A DNA stretch of 64,000 nt, taken from contig NC_086097.1 in assembly GCF_963921235.1 (NCBI RefSeq), positions 16,120,001 through 16,184,000 of the forward strand, read 5' to 3'. Position numbers and translations under genes: made by a program. The notes under the pieces are model-generated. The model worked only from the letters and a program-made list of their open reading frames with translations, had not been told where the DNA came from and searched no databases. Position 1 is the stretch's first letter. Each line of letters starts with the position of its first letter. This stretch comes from Mobula hypostoma. Lineage: Eukaryota. Shown here piece after piece: positions 59,631-64,000 of the stretch.

Positions 59631-62600
59631 CCGGCTGCCGCAGTGCAGGGAGGCGCGATGCCGCCTCTTGGTGAGGCCGAGGCCGGGACCCGGCCCCGGG
59701 CCGCCCGCCGCCACCGCACCGTCGGCGGCCTGCAGCCAGTGCGAGGCAGCGGCGGGCGGAGGGGGCGAGGCCCGAGGCCAGGAGCTGGCCTGCCGCTCGT
59801 CGCGACCGCCACCGCCCGCTCCCGCCGCCTGGTAAGGCCAGCACGGCGGCGAGCTGCGAGCCCACTTCCATAGGCCAGTAACCAAGGTGATCATCCCAAC
59901 AGCGGAGCAGGCGGAAGAGGAGACATCTCCCAACGGCTGCAAAGGCGGATGGGGATGCCCAACATTGGGTAGGGAGGCTTGCGAGCACGCCGCAAGAACT
60001 GCCGTAGACCCACAACACTCAGGGCTTGTCTACCTAGCGTGTGAAGCCTGGATTCGGCGGACTGCGCGGAAGAAACCATCACTGGTTCAACGGGCAGAAA
60101 GGCGATTCTCAGCAATGCGTCGTGGAGCGCTAAGAGGGCACAGTGAGACACACAGAACACTGCTGGCCATCCACTGCATCCTGGCCTATCTCCAGCCGTC
60201 TCGACTATGTCTTGCCACTGGGTCCAGATAGGCCGGGACGAGAGAGTGAGGCTGACGACCTGCGCAACTCTCCCTCACTTTAATCCAAGTCAAGCGCAAG
60301 TCATGACTTCAAACCCAACGCGCAACCTAAAGTCCTGTGGCGATGGGGGAGTGGCGAAGCAGCAGGTACGGATACACTGGAAGCTGTAGTCACAAACCTG
60401 CACACAGGCGGCCCAGGGCATAGGGTCGCTCTCTACTGGACCGAAGCAGCAGTTGAGTTCGGCAGCCCCCGGGTGTCTGAGCAGCCCTCTTTAGGATCGC
60501 TCTGCTCACCTCCATGGAGGAAGGGGCTGGAAAAGGTGCCTCAAACATAGTCTGCTTCACTTCACCCTGGCCAGCTTACCGCGGCTGGTGGGGATCCCTC
60601 ATAGCCGTCGACCTACAACAGTGAAGAAGAAAGTGATGGTGCTCAACCTTGGCACATGGAACGTGAGAACTCTGTGAGATAACGTCAAGGCAGACAGACC
60701 AGAGAGAAGAACTGCACTGGTTGCAAAAGAGCTAGCTCGCTACAACGTGGACATAGCAGCTCTCAGCGAAACGTGCCTAGCAGACAAGGGCCAGCTGACA
60801 GAATGTAGTGGCGGATACACGTTCTTCTGGAGCGGTCGCAGCAGCGCTGAATGACGAGAGGCAGGCGTGGGATTTGCCATCAATTCTAACCTCGCCCATA
60901 AACTCACCAAGCACCCAGAGAGCATCAACGACCGCCTGATGACACTTCAGCTCCCACTTGCAAACAAGAAGAGTGCTACGCTGATTAGTGCCTACGCTCC
61001 CACCATGACCAACCCAGATGACATTAAAGACAAGTTCTATGAAGAACTCGACGCCCTCATCTCAGCAATCCCAAAGTCAGAGAAGCTCATCGTTCTCGAG
61101 GACTTCAATGCCAGAGTAGGGACAGACTACCAAACCTGGGAAGGGATCATTGGAAGACACGGCACTGGCAAGTGTAACAGCAACGGCCTTCTGCTCCTCA
61201 AGACATGTGCCACACACGACCTTGTCATCACCAACACCCTGTTCCGCTTACCCACCCGTAAGAAGACGTCATGGATGCACCCACGCTTGAAGCACTGGCA
61301 TCTGATTGACTACATCATCACCAGGAAGAGGGACAGGATGGATGTCAGAGTGACGAGAGCCATGCGTGGTGCCGACTGCTGGACCGACCACCGCCTCATC
61401 GTGTCCAAGTTCAGGCTTCGCATTCTGCCCATGAGAAGACCCCAAGGGCAGAAGACTGCAAAGAGGCTGAATGTCTCCAAGCTGAAAAGCAGCAGGGTTG
61501 CAGAAGAATTCGTCGATGCCCTTGAAGGCAGACTGCCAGACACACCACAGGATGACAGGACCAGCATTGAGGAACAGTGGACGGCCTTCAGAGACGCTGT
61601 CTACACTATCGCCCTCGAACATCTCGGACCAGCAACCCGAAGAAACCAAGACTGGTTTGATGAGAATGATGAAGAAATACAGGCACTGCTAATGGAGAAA
61701 CATCAATATTACAGAGCGCATCAGAACGACCCCACGTCGCTAGCCAAGAAAGATGTCTTTACCAACGCAAGAAGAAAGGTGCAGAAAAAACTTCGCAAGA
61801 TGCAGGACAGCTGGTTCAGCAAGAAGGCTGATGAAATCCAGGGCTATGCAGACAGCCACGACATAAAGCGCTTCTACGATGCGCTTAAGGCTGTATACAG
61901 ACCCCAGTCCTCCGGCTTCTCACCCCTCCTCAACGAAGATGAGACGCAGCTGCTGATAGAGAAGTAGCAGATTCTGGATCGGTGGGCTGAGCACTTTAAC
62001 AACGTCCTTAACTGCCTTGCCGACATCAACGACGAGGCCATTGCCCACCTGCCCCAGGTAGAGATCAACAAGAACCTCGACACCCTCCCCACAGTAGATG
62101 AAGTCAGGAAGGCAGTGAAGCAACTCTCCTGTGGCAAAGCACCAGGACCCGATGCAATCCCTGCTGAGGTATACAAAGCAGGAGGCCCTGTCATGATGCA
62201 AAAGCTGACTGTACTCTTCCAGTCCATGTGGAAAAAGGGACAGGTCCCACAACAGCTGAAAGATGCCAGCATAGTCCACATCTACAAGAGGAAAGGCAAC
62301 TGCCAGTCTTGCGACAACCACCGAGGCATCTCCCTCTTGTCCATTGCGGGGAAGATTCTGGCCCGCGTCCCGCTCAACCGCCTTCTCCAACATCTTGAGC
62401 AAGGTCTGCTCCCAGAAAGCCAGTGCAGCTTCTGTGCTGAACGTGGGACCGCGGACATGATTTTTGCTGAGCGCCAACTCCAGGAAAAATGCCAGGAGCA
62501 ACACAGCAACCTCTTCGTGACCTTTGTCGATCTAACCAAGGCTTTTGATACGGTCAGCAGAGAAGGCTTGTGGAAGATCATGGAGAAGTTTGGCTGCCCC

Positions 62601-63835
62601 AGCAAGTTCATCACAATCGTCCGGCAGTTCCACAACGGTATGATGGTGAAAGTTCTGGATGACGGCGACGAGTCGGAGGCCTTCCCAGTGACAAATGGCG
62701 TCAAATAAGGCTGCGTTCTTGCCCTGACTCTGTTCAGTATGGTATTCTCTGCCATGCTGACAGATGCCTTCCGTAACTATGAAGAAGGAATCCACGTCAG
62801 GTACAGGACTGACGACAGGCTGTTCAACCTTAGGCGCCTCCAGGCAGTTACAAAGGTGCGAGAGACTGTCATCAGAGACTTCTTGTTTGCTGATGACTGC
62901 GCACTCAACGCCAGCACAGAGCAGGAGATGCAGCGTGAAATGGACTGCTTCTCACAAGCCTGCGATAACTTTGGTCTCACTATCAGCACCAAAAAGACCA
63001 AAGCTATGTACCAGCCTGCCCCAGGACAACTTCACCTACCTGGGCAGCATACTCTCTCGCGCAGTGAACATAGATGCTGAGGTCAACAACAGGATTTCCA
63101 AAGCCAGCACCACCTTTGGGAGACTCCGTGAGAACGTCTGGGAGTGGAGAGGACTCAGCCTTACCACCAAGCTGAAGGTCTACTGTGCAGTAGTCCTTAC
63201 CACCCTCCTTTACACCAGCGAGACCTGGACTGTCTACAGCAGACACGCCAAACAGCTCAACCACTTTCACCTGAGCTGTCTCTGCAGACTCCACCACATT
63301 AGGTGGCAGGACAAAGTCCCCGACATGGAAATCCTGGAATGAGCTGGGCTCTGCAGCGTCTACACCCTCCTGCTGAAAGCCCATGCCAGGTGGGCTGGAC
63401 ATGTGGTCAGAATGCTAGACAGCCGATTGCCTGAGCAGCTGCTGTACGGAGAACTGTGTCAGGGCAAGCGCTCAGTCGGGGGGGGGCAGAAGAAACGTTA
63501 TAAAGACTGCCTCAAAGCGTCCCTCAAAGGCCTGGGTGTTGACATCAACACGTGGGAGACGCTTGCCCTCGACCGTCCAGCTTGGCGCAGCAAGATCACC
63601 ACAGGAGCCCGTGTAGCTGAAGTCAGGCGCATCATCGAGATGCAACGAAAGCGTGCTGTGCGCAAGGCCCGAGCAGCATCCACTGCCACGACAGCACCCA
63701 CCCACTTGTGTCCCACATGTGGACGAGCCTTCAGGGCCCGGATTGGCGGCATCAGTCACCTCCGGACCCACAGCCACCAATCTCCCATTTGACTTTGAAG
63801 CCACGGTCATCTTCGACTACGAAGGACGAACAACA
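59631..63835 (+). mobile_element. RTE LINE copy 2, near full length, with about 1 kb GC-rich 5' region, stops and a small deletion; probable 7-bp TSD ACTACTT
   Basis: LGTWNVRTL, SAYAPT, WTDHRL, LFADDCAL, CPTCGRAF...HLRTH; (CAA) tail; ACTACTT at 59624-59630 and 63836-63842. Confidence 0.93.
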
Positions 63836-64000
63836 ACTACTTAAAAATGACATTTTGGATGTAGTGACAATTGCATCTATTGAATGTTTGCACAAACAAT
63901 ACATTAATAAAGCACCTTGTTAAATATATAAAACATGTCTGCATCAGTGTTACTGTATCTTGTATTTCCATACAATGTTACATTAGGCTGTTACACATCT

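Noticed and set aside
50500..63402. Many long antisense ORFs over the RTE copies
   Set aside because: Expected shadow frames of GC-rich coding sequence; no recognisable motifs

Overview
Vertebrate genomic DNA. The repeat landscape (CR1 LINEs with short-repeat tails, hammerhead-bearing Penelope elements, V-SINE/HE1-like SINEs) points to a cartilaginous fish, probably a ray; this is an inference. Most of the window is nested, mostly decayed transposons: CR1, L2/Rex-Babar-like, RTE, Penelope, a Mag-type Gypsy element, three solo LTRs, Tc1 and Harbinger. The one host gene I can support is the 5' end of CATSPERB (sperm CatSper channel auxiliary subunit beta) on the minus strand. It has five small phase-compatible exons (23483-23485, 21169-21250, 17405-17493, 2915-3058, 1221-1281) that the ORF track does not assemble. 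They splice to MKHFSVEWMMFLIIIIRFYKSHNASNVKDPGLDVFRCTSENLDSETDRIRLYLQSDYLYVNCKMYFMEKHNNKFLENPVPLYASVGMVPDLEIFNRSSRLFTKFTLAHDRSSWQLRLARKRIARES... The promoter (about 23.4-23.7 kb) is CpG-rich, has an adjacent MYB site plus RFX X-box, and shows a candidate divergent plus-strand exon. The most notable mobile-element observations are: an RTE LINE with a twin-priming-type 5' inversion and a 12-bp TSD; two independent RTE insertions sharing inactivating mutations; a Sleeping Beauty-like Tc1 remnant (horizontal-transfer candidate); tiny TSD-flanked Penelope-derived hammerhead elements; and a young CR1 fused in frame into an older CR1. I found no clearly new biological system. Family and gene names rest on motif recognition from memory, not database searches, and boundaries of decayed repeats are approximate.
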